Shown: positions 46,775-55,483 of the stretch, piece by piece
How the letters are laid out: each line of letters begins with the position of its first letter
Numbering within the stretch: the stretch's first letter is position 1
Assembly (NCBI GenBank): GCA_038874595.1
Contig: JAVZCB010000004.1
Location: forward strand, 32,001-96,000
Origin: Candidatus Micrarchaeia archaeon
GTDB lineage: Archaea; Micrarchaeota; Micrarchaeia; CAILAH01
Direction: 5' to 3'
DNA length: 64,000 nucleotides
Translations under genes and position numbers: made by a program
Notes under the pieces: generated by a model
Seen by the model: the letters and a program-made list of their open reading frames with translations, nothing else
Database searches by the model: none
What the model was told of the DNA's origin: nothing

Positions 46775-46944
46775 CACGGCACACATCTACAGTTGCCGTT
46801 GGTGGTAGGGCCAAGCAAGCAAAGATTTGCGGGCGCCGGCTCCCTACAGCTTCGGTTGCCGGGGGTTGATAAGGGTATGCTTTCGGCATCGGCCGAAAGA
46901 TGCGCCTTTTGCTTTTTGCAAAAGTGCGCCGCGCTGGGGGCCCT
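46775..46944 (+). ncRNA. Putative structured non-coding RNA directly 5' of tRNA-Ser
   Basis: GC-rich intergenic block closed by AGGGCC(46807-12)/GGCCCT(46939-44), with several hairpins including a C-UUCG-G tetraloop. G-U pairs favour the + strand. Confidence 0.5.
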
Positions 46945-46947
46945 TAT

Positions 46948-47070
46948 GCCGAGGTGGCAGAATCCGGTAATGCGTACGCCTTGAGAGCGTATGTCCGAAA
47001 GGACTTAGGAGTTCAAAAGGAATCACTGGCGATTTTCTGCTGGTGGTCGATGAGAATCTCCTCCTCGGCG
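46948..47070 (+). tRNA. tRNA-Ser(UGA) with a 39-nt intron at 59/60 (47018-47056)
   Basis: Acceptor GCCGAGG/CCTCGGC plus G73; anticodon arm TACGC-CTTGAGA-GCGTA; long variable arm GTCC-GAAA-GGAC; T-arm AGGAG-TTCAAA|T-CTCCT interrupted by a BHB-like intron. Confidence 0.93.
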
Positions 47071-47167
47071 CTTTTTTCTCATTTCTCTTTATCGATAATC
47101 GATAATCAGTATATGCTCGCCTCGGAGGTTTTACCTAATGGTAAAAACCCTGCAGCACAGCTCCAGG

Positions 47168-47187
47168 TCTCCTCCTCGGCGCTTTTT
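47168..47187 (+). repeat. 20-bp exact copy of the tRNA-Ser 3' exon plus T-tract (47057-47076); att-like remnant
   Basis: TCTCCTCCTCGGCGCTTTTT occurs at both positions. Confidence 0.8.
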
Positions 47188-47226
47188 CTGATTTTATCTT
47201 CTGCACACTTATGAGTAAAACTAAAA

Positions 47227-48588
47227 TTAGAATTCAAGGTTTTGCATCATATCCCTGATATTATGCACTTCAACAAGGTTAATGATATCCTTCTTCTGCG
47301 TGCGCACCGCGGCAGTGAACACAACCGTATCCTTCTCCTCGATCAGGCCGTGCTCAAGGCAAAACAGTGCAGCACGTGGAAGGATATGCTTCTTTGGCAT
47401 TGCTGTCCACATAACCGGTATAACATTATATAATAAGCTCATCTGCGCCGCAACTTCCTGGCTTGTTGTGATGGCAATGAGAGGTTTCGGCAACTTAAAC
47501 CTTGAAATCACCTGCGCACCGTAACCGCCGCGTGTTACCACCACAATCTTATCAATCTCTTTGTTTGATGCAATCGAATATATTGTATTGCTTAATATCT
47601 GCGATGTTGGGTCAAGTGATTTGACGTGCTCGGTGCAATTAATCTTCGTTTTAACATAGGGCGCAATCCGCCTACCTACTTTCTTGATTGCACGCACTGC
47701 ATTAAGCGGGTACTTGCCAACAGCGGTCTCATTAGAGAGTAGGATTGCGTCTGCACCATCCAAAACAGCGTTTGCAATATCACTCACCTCTGCACGTGTC
47801 GGTACAGGATTGTTTATCATGGAATAAAGTACTTGCGTGGCCACAATGCTCGGTTTGGCATGCTGATTGGCAATATCAATTATTTCCTTTTGTATTATCG
47901 GAACTTCCTCTGCCGGAACTTCAACACCCAAGTCACCACGTGCAATCATAACACCATCTGCCTCCCGGATAATTTCGTTTATGTTGCGCACGCCATCCCA
48001 ATTCTCTATCTTTGCGATTATCTTCGCGCGCGTATACTTCCGTGCCTCCCTGACATCGCGTGCAGTACGCGTAAACGAGAGTGCCACAAACGACGGGGCA
48101 GTAGAGCGGAGCACCTCAACATCGGGTTTCTTAAGAATCGGAAAATTAAACGTCCGCTCTTTCATATTAATGCTCATCCTGTCCTTTATAGTTACATTAT
48201 CATGCGCTTCAAGCCCAATCATGCCTTTTGACCTTGACACAACCTCCATCTCAACAAGGCCATCATCTACATACAGTAAATTGCCAATACGTAAAAAAGA
48301 GTACATATCCTGGTCAAAACATGGCTGTGCGCCGCCCGGCCTTCCTATTTCCAGAGTTTCGCCTTTCTTGAGCGTGATTGCCTTTTGTGTGCGTATCCTT
48401 ACCTCCGGCCCTGAAGTGTCAAGCATAACCGGCTTATTGTGTTTTGCTATGAGATTATACTCACGCACCGCATCTGCAACTGATACGTGTGATAGGTTTA
48501 AGCGGACAACATCACTTTCAGCAAGCACCTGCGCAAGCACTTTGCTATCATAAAGCGAAGGCCCATACGTTGAGATTACCTTAACCAT
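47227..48588 (-). CDS. pyk: Pyruvate kinase
   Basis: RLNLSH, LDTSGPEVR, IIAKIEN, MIARGDLGVE, PTRAEVSDIANAVLDGADAILLS.ETAVGKYP motifs. Confidence 0.96.
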   Translation of the reverse strand: MVKVISTYGPSLYDSKVLAQVLAESDVVRLNLSHVSVADAVREYNLIAKHNKPVMLDTSGPEVRIRTQKAITLKKGETLEIGRPGGAQPCFDQDMYSFLRIGNLLYVDDGLVEMEVVSRSKGMIGLEAHDNVTIKDRMSINMKERTFNFPILKKPDVEVLRSTAPSFVALSFTRTARDVREARKYTRAKIIAKIENWDGVRNINEIIREADGVMIARGDLGVEVPAEEVPIIQKEIIDIANQHAKPSIVATQVLYSMINNPVPTRAEVSDIANAVLDGADAILLSNETAVGKYPLNAVRAIKKVGRRIAPYVKTKINCTEHVKSLDPTSQILSNTIYSIASNKEIDKIVVVTRGGYGAQVISRFKLPKPLIAITTSQEVAAQMSLLYNVIPVMWTAMPKKHILPRAALFCLEHGLIEEKDTVVFTAAVRTQKKDIINLVEVHNIRDMMQNLEF

Positions 48589-48667
48589 GATGTATAATCT
48601 CAAGCCAAATTAATAAAATGTGCTGGCTTAAAAAGCAGTGTAAAGAAAAGAAATAAAGTGCTGCGTT

Positions 48668-48973
48668 TCATTTCTTTGTGACCTTCTCCTCTTTCAGCAC
48701 CATCTTTGCAATCATAAATACAACAAGCGCAATTATGATGAAGTTAAGCAGTGCCGCCAGGAATGCGCCCCATCCTATCACAACCGGGCCGAGCGCAAGC
48801 GTTGCAGTCGCCCAGTCGCCGCCAGGGATGACCACTGCCACGATAGGCATTATTATGTTGTTTACGAGCGATTGCACAAGCGTAGTTACAGCTGCACCCA
48901 TTATGAATGCGACTGCAAGCCCTACCACCTTATACTCTGCCAAGAATTCCTTAAACTCCTCTATGATGCCCAA
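48668..48973 (-). CDS. mscL: Large-conductance mechanosensitive channel
   Basis: EEFKEFL...VVGLAVAFIMGAA..LV.SLV..IIMP and GAFL.A.LNF.IIA motifs. TTG start after a GGTGA RBS. Confidence 0.9.
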   Translation of the reverse strand: MGIIEEFKEFLAEYKVVGLAVAFIMGAAVTTLVQSLVNNIIMPIVAVVIPGGDWATATLALGPVVIGWGAFLAALLNFIIIALVVFMIAKMVLKEEKVTKK

Positions 48974-49031
48974 TATATCACCGAAATGCAATCACCCTGA
49001 ATAAATATAAACCCTACTATAAAATTGGAAG

Positions 49032-49197
49032 AGCTCCTGCCGGGATTTCCAATCCCTTCTTGGTACCGGTTCCTTGTGCAAAGCACAAAGAAAGGGCTTT
49101 GAACCCGGGTCTTCGGCGGTCTCCAGCACGTGGGCTTTCTGTGCATCTGGAAAGCATTGAGAGGCCAACGTCCTTGACCGGGCTAGACTACAGGAGC
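49032..49197 (-). tRNA. tRNA-Glu(CUC) with two introns: 37/38 (49119-49157, 39 nt) and 59/60 (49046-49097, 52 nt)
   Basis: Acceptor GCTCCTG/CAGGAGC; anticodon arm TTGGC-CTCTCA|C-GCCGA; T-arm CCGGG-TTCAAA|T-CCCGG. Both junctions form a 4-bp helix with 3-nt bulges; spliced length is 75 nt. Confidence 0.92.
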
Positions 49198-49252
49198 CTG
49201 TATGATTTTTAGGGCGGATAACCATTTTAAATATTATTGAAGAAGGTAGTTT

Positions 49253-50263
49253 ATGAGAGGAGCTATAGTCGCACTTGCAATCGCTGTTGTCCTGTTTGTT
49301 GCTATGTCGGGATGTCTTGAGCCACAGAAGCCGACCATTCCCACAAAACCTGATAGTAATGGCAAAGATAATCTGGCTGCCACTAACAAGACTGAAGAGA
49401 ACATAACAAAGGAGATTGTTGTGGGGCCGTGCAGGGCAACCACACAGAAAGGTGTGGATGTATGCCTGCTCCAGAAGGGAATCTGCGACGATATTAGTGA
49501 TGCGCTCATGAAAGATTCCTGTTATATGGCAGCAAGGGAGTGCAACAAAATTGCAGATGATGACATGAGGCACAGCTGCCAGATAAGTGTAGGGTTCTCT
49601 GAATGCGAAGGCGTAAAGGAGCAGGCGTTGTGCAAAGCGCTCCTAACAAACGATTCCTACTACTGCGGTGATAATACGGATTGCCTACTTAAGTTCGCGT
49701 ATAAGATAAACAGCACTAAACCGTGCGCGCTTATTGTGGGTGATTACATAAGAAGCGGGTGTAGGGCAGCGGTTCTGGGAGACCCGTTCAAGTGCTATGT
49801 ATACGAGGAGTTTGAGGCGAGCCGTAAGGAATGCATAAAAACATACGCGCGCGTCACTGGCAAGGATGGGGATTTGTGTGCACAGATAACAAACGATAAT
49901 TATAGGGATGACTGTTACTACGGCGTTGCGGAGGCAAGTGGGGATTACTCAAACTGCCTGCTCGTGAAGGCGTACAAGACCAGAAAAGACTGCATCATAG
50001 CGGTTGCATCAAAGACCGTCAATCCAGATATCTGCGATTATAGCAGTGATTTTGATAATGACAAGGCGTACTGCAAGGTGCGCGTCGCACAGTATAACTT
50101 AAAACCATCAATATGCCAGAACATTAATGTGGCTGGATATATCTGGGGCTGTTTTGCGGACTCAATCGTTGATAATGAGACGCCGATATCAGAATGCGAT
50201 GCAATAACAAACCCAATGTACAAAGACTGGAGGGATGAATGTTATAAGAGGGCACGAAAATGA
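49253..50263 (+). CDS. Cys-repeat lipoprotein
   Basis: Lipobox-like MSGC and about 10 repeats of C-x2-I-x6/7-C-x3/4-A. Confidence 0.8.
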   Translation: MRGAIVALAIAVVLFVAMSGCLEPQKPTIPTKPDSNGKDNLAATNKTEENITKEIVVGPCRATTQKGVDVCLLQKGICDDISDALMKDSCYMAARECNKIADDDMRHSCQISVGFSECEGVKEQALCKALLTNDSYYCGDNTDCLLKFAYKINSTKPCALIVGDYIRSGCRAAVLGDPFKCYVYEEFEASRKECIKTYARVTGKDGDLCAQITNDNYRDDCYYGVAEASGDYSNCLLVKAYKTRKDCIIAVASKTVNPDICDYSSDFDNDKAYCKVRVAQYNLKPSICQNINVAGYIWGCFADSIVDNETPISECDAITNPMYKDWRDECYKRARK

Positions 50264-50291
50264 ATACTGCCTGCCTTTTTTTCAATATAGT

Positions 50292-50906
50292 TTAGTGCTT
50301 TGATTTTAGCTGTTTCAGCACGAAGAAGCTCTCCCTTTCCATCTCCTCAAGCCTAAGGGTTATCTGCTTTGCCTGCTCCTCAAGCCGCGGTATGAGTATA
50401 TACTCAAGCGCATTCACGCGCCTTTTTGTCTTCTCTATGTCCTTGATTATCCTCTTCAGGGCATTCTCAGTCTCAGCAAGCTCGAGTATCATTGCCAGGA
50501 CTTTCTGGAACGATGCAATGGTTTCATCCATACCGTAGTCTGTGGTCATAACACTATACTTATAGCCGTTATCCTTCCCCTCTTTTTTGACTTCCGGTAT
50601 GCGCACACCCATCACGTTGCGCTCCGTGACTTCAAGAACATATGGCTCTGGCATGCCCTCAGCTGCTACATTAAGCGCCAGCGGGCCGTTCCGTATTTCA
50701 ACAGTAACCATCTGCATATACGCGTTGTAAAGCTCATCGTTGAGCTGCTCGCGCATATTGCTCGCACGGCTGTAAATCTTGAAAAACTCCATAATGAGCG
50801 CATCGCGCTTCTGCTTAAGAAGCTTGTGCCCGCGCTCTGCAAGTTTCTTCCTGTCTTTTATTTTCATAAGCTCCATGCGTGTCGGTATAAGCTGGTCAAC
50901 CGCCAT
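50292..50906 (-). CDS. atpD: A/V-type ATP synthase subunit D
   Basis: PTRMEL, RGHKLLKQKRDAL, NVMGVRIP and TKRRVNALEYILIPRL motifs. Confidence 0.95.
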   Translation of the reverse strand: MAVDQLIPTRMELMKIKDRKKLAERGHKLLKQKRDALIMEFFKIYSRASNMREQLNDELYNAYMQMVTVEIRNGPLALNVAAEGMPEPYVLEVTERNVMGVRIPEVKKEGKDNGYKYSVMTTDYGMDETIASFQKVLAMILELAETENALKRIIKDIEKTKRRVNALEYILIPRLEEQAKQITLRLEEMERESFFVLKQLKSKH

Positions 50907-50958
50907 GCTCGTATTAAGAATGCATAATATTTAAAGCATTTTGCGGGGAGAATATGCC

Positions 50959-52719
50959 GTGAAGGTCGGGATAGAAATACACCAGAGGCTGAATACTGGT
51001 AAGCTGTTCTGCAGGTGCCCATCAATTTCCAAGGGTATAACGCTTGGTGAAATCAGGAGGCAACTGCACGCAGTGAAAAGCGAGATGGGCGAGAAGGATA
51101 TAGCTGCAGTGAAAGAGGAGCTCAAGAATGAATGGTTCACATACGTTGTTACTGATAACTCCTGCCTTGTTGAGACCGATGATGAGCCGCCGCATGAGCC
51201 AGACCGTGATGCGCTGCTTGTGGCGGTTGCGGTCGCAAAACATATGCACATGTCAATCGTGGATGAGATTTTCTTTATGCGTAAGATTGTGATTGATGGC
51301 AGTAATACCTCCGGCTTCCAGCGGACGGGTATGATTGGGCTTGGGGGATACCTTAAATGCAAGAGCGGAAAAATTGGGATACAGTCGCTGTTTCTTGAGG
51401 AGGAGAGCGCGGGCATAATCGATGAGAAGGGGAGTGCAAAATTCTCGCTTGACAGGCTTGGCATCCCGCTGATTGAGATTGCAACTGCACCTGATATTAA
51501 GAGCGGTGAGCAGGCGCGTGAGGTTGCAGAATCCATAGGAATGATGCTCAGGATGACCGGGATGGCTGCACGCGGTATAGGTACTATAAGGCAAGACCTT
51601 AACATATCAGCGGACGGCGGGACAAGATGTGAGATTAAAGGTGTGCAGGAGCTTGATGATATCCCGTTGATTGTTGATAAGGAGGTTAAAAGGCAGGAGC
51701 GGCTTCTCGAGCTGATACCTAAAATCCCTGCTGAAGAGAAACCGAGCGAAATCGTTTATGTTGATGTTACTGAACAATTCAAGAACGGGAAAGGATTCAT
51801 ACAAAAAGCCATTTCTGAAGGTGCGCGTGCCATAGGTGTGCTGCTCCCAGGAATGAAGGGATTGCTTGGATACGAGTTATACGAAAACCGGCGGTACGGC
51901 ACTGAGCTTGCGGATTATGCACGCGTGTTCGGGTTTGGTGGGATGATACACGGTGATGAGGATTTTGCAAAGTACGGTGTTGATAAGGAAGCTGTTGAGC
52001 GCGAGCTTAAGGTGGGCTTGAGAAGCTCGTATGCCATACTCATCGGCAAGTTTGATGAGAAGATGCGTATGGCATTCCAAAGCATCATTGACAGGGCGTA
52101 TATGAAAAAGATACCTGCTGAAACAAGAAAAGCACTTAAAAACGGCGAGAGCCAGTACATGCGCCCGATGCCTACAGGTGCACGTATGTACCCAGAAACA
52201 GATGTTGAGCCGATTATTGTTGATGAGCATATCCTGAAAGAGTGTGAGAAGTATTTGCCGCGCGACCCTGATGAAGTGCTCAGTGAGCTTGAAAAACAGA
52301 CCAATAAGGAGCTTGCACTGAACCTCTTGCATTCGCCGCGGTTGGGTGCATACTATAAAGCTATTGAGAAAGGGGCAGATGCGAAAACAGCGGCAGTAAC
52401 TTTTGTTAATACAATGAAGGCGCTGGCGCGCGAGGGGCTGCCTGTTGAGAAGATTGATGATGATAAGATAATTGAAGTACTCGTGAGACAGGCGAGAGGT
52501 GAGATTACAAAGAAAGCTGTGGAAGAAGTGCTTAGGCAGATGTGCAGAAAGCCAAACGTAGATGTTGAAAGTATCATAGAAAAAGGGGATTTGAAAAGGA
52601 TAACCGGTGATGCGCTCAAAAAGATAGTCATTGAAGAAAAAGGGGATATACAGAAAATCCTCTCAAAGTACAGGTTAAGGGTAGAGGCGGAAGAGCTTGC
52701 CGGCCTTATTGGGTCTTGA
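50959..52719 (+). CDS. gatE: Glu-tRNA(Gln) amidotransferase subunit E
   Basis: KVGIEIHQRL..KLFC.CP, RKIVIDGSNTSGFQRT, LDRLGIPLIEIAT and GARMYPETDV motifs. GTG start. Confidence 0.96.
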   Translation: MKVGIEIHQRLNTGKLFCRCPSISKGITLGEIRRQLHAVKSEMGEKDIAAVKEELKNEWFTYVVTDNSCLVETDDEPPHEPDRDALLVAVAVAKHMHMSIVDEIFFMRKIVIDGSNTSGFQRTGMIGLGGYLKCKSGKIGIQSLFLEEESAGIIDEKGSAKFSLDRLGIPLIEIATAPDIKSGEQAREVAESIGMMLRMTGMAARGIGTIRQDLNISADGGTRCEIKGVQELDDIPLIVDKEVKRQERLLELIPKIPAEEKPSEIVYVDVTEQFKNGKGFIQKAISEGARAIGVLLPGMKGLLGYELYENRRYGTELADYARVFGFGGMIHGDEDFAKYGVDKEAVERELKVGLRSSYAILIGKFDEKMRMAFQSIIDRAYMKKIPAETRKALKNGESQYMRPMPTGARMYPETDVEPIIVDEHILKECEKYLPRDPDEVLSELEKQTNKELALNLLHSPRLGAYYKAIEKGADAKTAAVTFVNTMKALAREGLPVEKIDDDKIIEVLVRQARGEITKKAVEEVLRQMCRKPNVDVESIIEKGDLKRITGDALKKIVIEEKGDIQKILSKYRLRVEAEELAGLIGS

Positions 52720-52789
52720 TAATTTGTGTGCTTTTTGGCGTTTCGTGCTGTGGCGACATTTTTATTGATTAGATAGCATTAAAGAAAAG

Positions 52790-53422
52790 ATGGAAGAATT
52801 GCTTTACAGGATTAGGTATGCGGATGACAGTATTACTGCACTGATTAACAAAAGATGGGCTGAATTCCAGAAGATGAAAAATGCCAGTGAAAATGATTGG
52901 TTTTCTGAGTTATGCTTTTGTATCTTAACGGCCAATGCATCTGCCGAGATGGGGATACGGGTGCAGAACGCGCTCGGGTATGAGGGGTTTGCAAAAATAC
53001 CTGCCGGGCAACTTCCTGAATCCCTTAAAAAAGCCGGGTCGAGGTTTTATAACAGGCGTGCAGAGTTCATAATAGGCGCGAGAAAGTTTGATGGGAAGCT
53101 GAAGAAGATACTACTTGGTATTGAAAATGAGGGTGAAAGGCGCGAGTGGCTTGTTAAAAACATCAAGGGCATAGGGTATAAGGAGGCGAGCCATTTCCTA
53201 AGAAATGTGGGTGCGGCACAGGATGTTGCAATCATAGATAAGCATATATTGAGGCTGCTCAAAAAGCATAAAATTATTGGTGAGACTAAAAAAATGGCTG
53301 GCAGGGAAAAATACATTGAGATAGAAAATGCAATTAAGAAAATTGCAAAAAAAGCCGATATGCCTGTGGGAAAGCTGGACCTGTACCTGTGGCATATGCA
53401 AACCGGCAAAGTGCTGAAATAA
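52790..53422 (+). CDS. ogg: 8-oxoguanine DNA glycosylase/AP lyase
   Basis: ELCFCILTAN, HhH motif IKGIGYKEASHFLRNVG, AIIDKH and C-terminal DLYLW...TGKVLK. Confidence 0.93.
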   Translation: MEELLYRIRYADDSITALINKRWAEFQKMKNASENDWFSELCFCILTANASAEMGIRVQNALGYEGFAKIPAGQLPESLKKAGSRFYNRRAEFIIGARKFDGKLKKILLGIENEGERREWLVKNIKGIGYKEASHFLRNVGAAQDVAIIDKHILRLLKKHKIIGETKKMAGREKYIEIENAIKKIAKKADMPVGKLDLYLWHMQTGKVLK

Positions 53423-53472
53423 AAAGTTCTTATGATGAAATGAATGTAGTGAAATCTGGGTACGGTGTTGAT

Positions 53473-55305
53473 GTGATACTTGAGATAAAAAGAAAGATTG
53501 CAGAGAAGGTTGCCGAGGCACTCAAAAAAGAGTATGGGATAAGTGCCAGTGCTGAGGATATAATCAACCTTGTGCAGGACGGCGGTGTTGAAGATGTTGA
53601 TATTGAGTGTAGGGCAGCGTTCAGGTTTGCAAAGGAAGTGCGTGCAAGGCCAGCCGAGATTGCAGAAAGGATTATGCCACATCTCAGGGATGAGCTGTAC
53701 TCAACGAGCAACGCAAACGGATATATCAACTTCACGTTTACACATAAGTTCTATGAGAGGTTTGTCAGGGATTACGAGCTTAAGTTCCCGAAGAATAACA
53801 TTAAGGTTATTGTGGAGTATCCAAGCGTAAATCCAAACAAGCCGCTGCATATCGGGCATTTGAGGAATGCAGTAATCGGGGACTGCATAGCAAACCTGCT
53901 TGAGTATTGCGGTTACGATGTAATACGAATGGATTATATTGATGACCTTGGGCTTCAGGTTGCGCAGAGCTTGTGGATGTGCATGCACGGTGCAGTGCCT
54001 GAGGAGGGCAAGAAATATGACCACTGGCTTGGCGAGATGTACGTTGAGGCCGCAAAGAAGTATGAAGAAAGCGAAGAGGTCAGGAAAGAAGTTGAGGAGA
54101 TAATGAAAAAGCTTGAAGAGGGTGAGCATACTGTTGCACACCTCGGCCGTGAGATGGCAATGCAGTGTGTTGAGGCACAGAAGGCCACACTCCAGAGAAT
54201 GAACATATTCCAGGATGTCCTTGTATGGGAAAGCGATATCGTGCGCGCAAACCTGCTGAAGAGCGGTTTGGATATCCTTGAAAAGAAAAAGATACTGAAA
54301 ACTGCCGGGAAGGACAGCAAATATGCTGGCTGTAAGATAATCGAGCTGAGCACGCACCCACTATTTAAGCATCTTACAGATGCGGACAAGGTACTTGTGC
54401 GCGCGAACGGTGTTGCAACGTATACTGCAAAAGATATCTCATTCCAGATGTGGAAGTTTGGCATAATCAAGGATACGCTTGTGTTTGATAAGATGCTTAT
54501 GCAAAAGAACGGCAGGCTGCTGTTTACGAGTTGTGCGCTCGGCCAGCCCGCAAACTTCAGCGGTGCAAAGAAGGTAATCAATGTTATAGGTGTGGAGCAG
54601 GAGTATCCACAGAGCGTAATCAGGGTAGCGCTTGAGATGGCGGGGTTTGCTGAGGAGGCCAAGAATTATAAGCACGTTGCGTATGGGCACGCGCGGCTTA
54701 AGGAGGGGAGGTTCTCAGGCAGGAAAGGGACGTGGATAGGATTCTCAGCAGATGAGCTCGCTGATGTAAGCGTCAGCAAGGCACAAGAGCGCATAAATGA
54801 TAAGTTCAGGAATTATAGTGATGATGAAAAGAGAAACATAAGTGAAGCTGTTGGCATAGGTGCGATACGGTTCTCTTTTATCAGACTTGGCCCTGAGAAG
54901 GAGCTCGTGTTTGACTGGGACAAGGCACTAAGCTTTGATGGGGATAGCGGGCCATACCTGCAGTATGCGTATGCGCGTGCAATACACATCCTTGAAAAAG
55001 AGGCGATTGATGAGTATTGGGATGGGAGCATCGTGTTCACTGAGAAAGAAGAGATGCGGCTCATACGTGAGATTGCAAAGTTTGAGGAAGTATGCAGAAA
55101 AGCCGCTGATTCTTACGCACCGCACGATGTTGCAGATTATGCTATTAAGCTTTCAACACTGTTCAGCTCGTTTTATGTATCGTGCAGGGTCATTTGTGAT
55201 GATAAAAATGTGTGCGAGAGCAGGAAACGGCTTGTAAGGAAGTATGCTGAGACGCTTGAGCGATGTTTGCGTATCCTTGGAATACCAATCATAAGGAATA
55301 TGTGA
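53473..55305 (+). CDS. argS: Arginyl-tRNA synthetase
   Basis: SVNPNKPLHIGHLRN (HIGH), FSGRKG and GDSGPYLQYAYAR motifs. Start placed at the GTG following a GGTG RBS (alternative ATG at 53440). Confidence 0.95.
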   Translation: MILEIKRKIAEKVAEALKKEYGISASAEDIINLVQDGGVEDVDIECRAAFRFAKEVRARPAEIAERIMPHLRDELYSTSNANGYINFTFTHKFYERFVRDYELKFPKNNIKVIVEYPSVNPNKPLHIGHLRNAVIGDCIANLLEYCGYDVIRMDYIDDLGLQVAQSLWMCMHGAVPEEGKKYDHWLGEMYVEAAKKYEESEEVRKEVEEIMKKLEEGEHTVAHLGREMAMQCVEAQKATLQRMNIFQDVLVWESDIVRANLLKSGLDILEKKKILKTAGKDSKYAGCKIIELSTHPLFKHLTDADKVLVRANGVATYTAKDISFQMWKFGIIKDTLVFDKMLMQKNGRLLFTSCALGQPANFSGAKKVINVIGVEQEYPQSVIRVALEMAGFAEEAKNYKHVAYGHARLKEGRFSGRKGTWIGFSADELADVSVSKAQERINDKFRNYSDDEKRNISEAVGIGAIRFSFIRLGPEKELVFDWDKALSFDGDSGPYLQYAYARAIHILEKEAIDEYWDGSIVFTEKEEMRLIREIAKFEEVCRKAADSYAPHDVADYAIKLSTLFSSFYVSCRVICDDKNVCESRKRLVRKYAETLERCLRILGIPIIRNM

Positions 55306-55483
55306 AAAATATGCAAATAAGGAATTATTCGTTAAGAAAAGAGTGCTTGAGGGAATATTGAGCATAAATAATGGGTATTAATTCTTAATAAGAATTATTT
55401 AGTTGTTAATATTCTTATAGGGAATACGCACAAAATAAAAAACTAATTTAAGCTTTGCTTGTGATTGCTTGCTAGGTGTCACT

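Noticed and set aside
46832-46906. Hammerhead-ribozyme-like core (TTGATAA - stem - GAAA, a U3-A8 variant) in the structured RNA
   Set aside because: No U-H cleavage dinucleotide precedes stem I, and stem III does not start at the A after GAA, so the canonical core cannot be built.
46948-47070. Selenocysteine or opal-suppressor tRNA
   Set aside because: The anticodon is UGA (reads Ser UCA), not UCA; the acceptor stem is an ordinary 7 bp.
47110-47181. Trans-spliced split-tRNA 3' half
   Set aside because: The bases before the duplicate exon (TCCA-GG) cannot pair with the TTCA of the 5' exon to form a BHB, and no complementary leader was found.
46793-47214. Short ORFs overlapping the tRNA-Ser region
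   Set aside because: Explained by the RNA genes and GC-rich structure; no protein features.
53389-53472. ogg/argS overlap as a frameshift or fusion
   Set aside because: It results from an over-extended ORF start; a downstream RBS with GTG/ATG starts removes the overlap.
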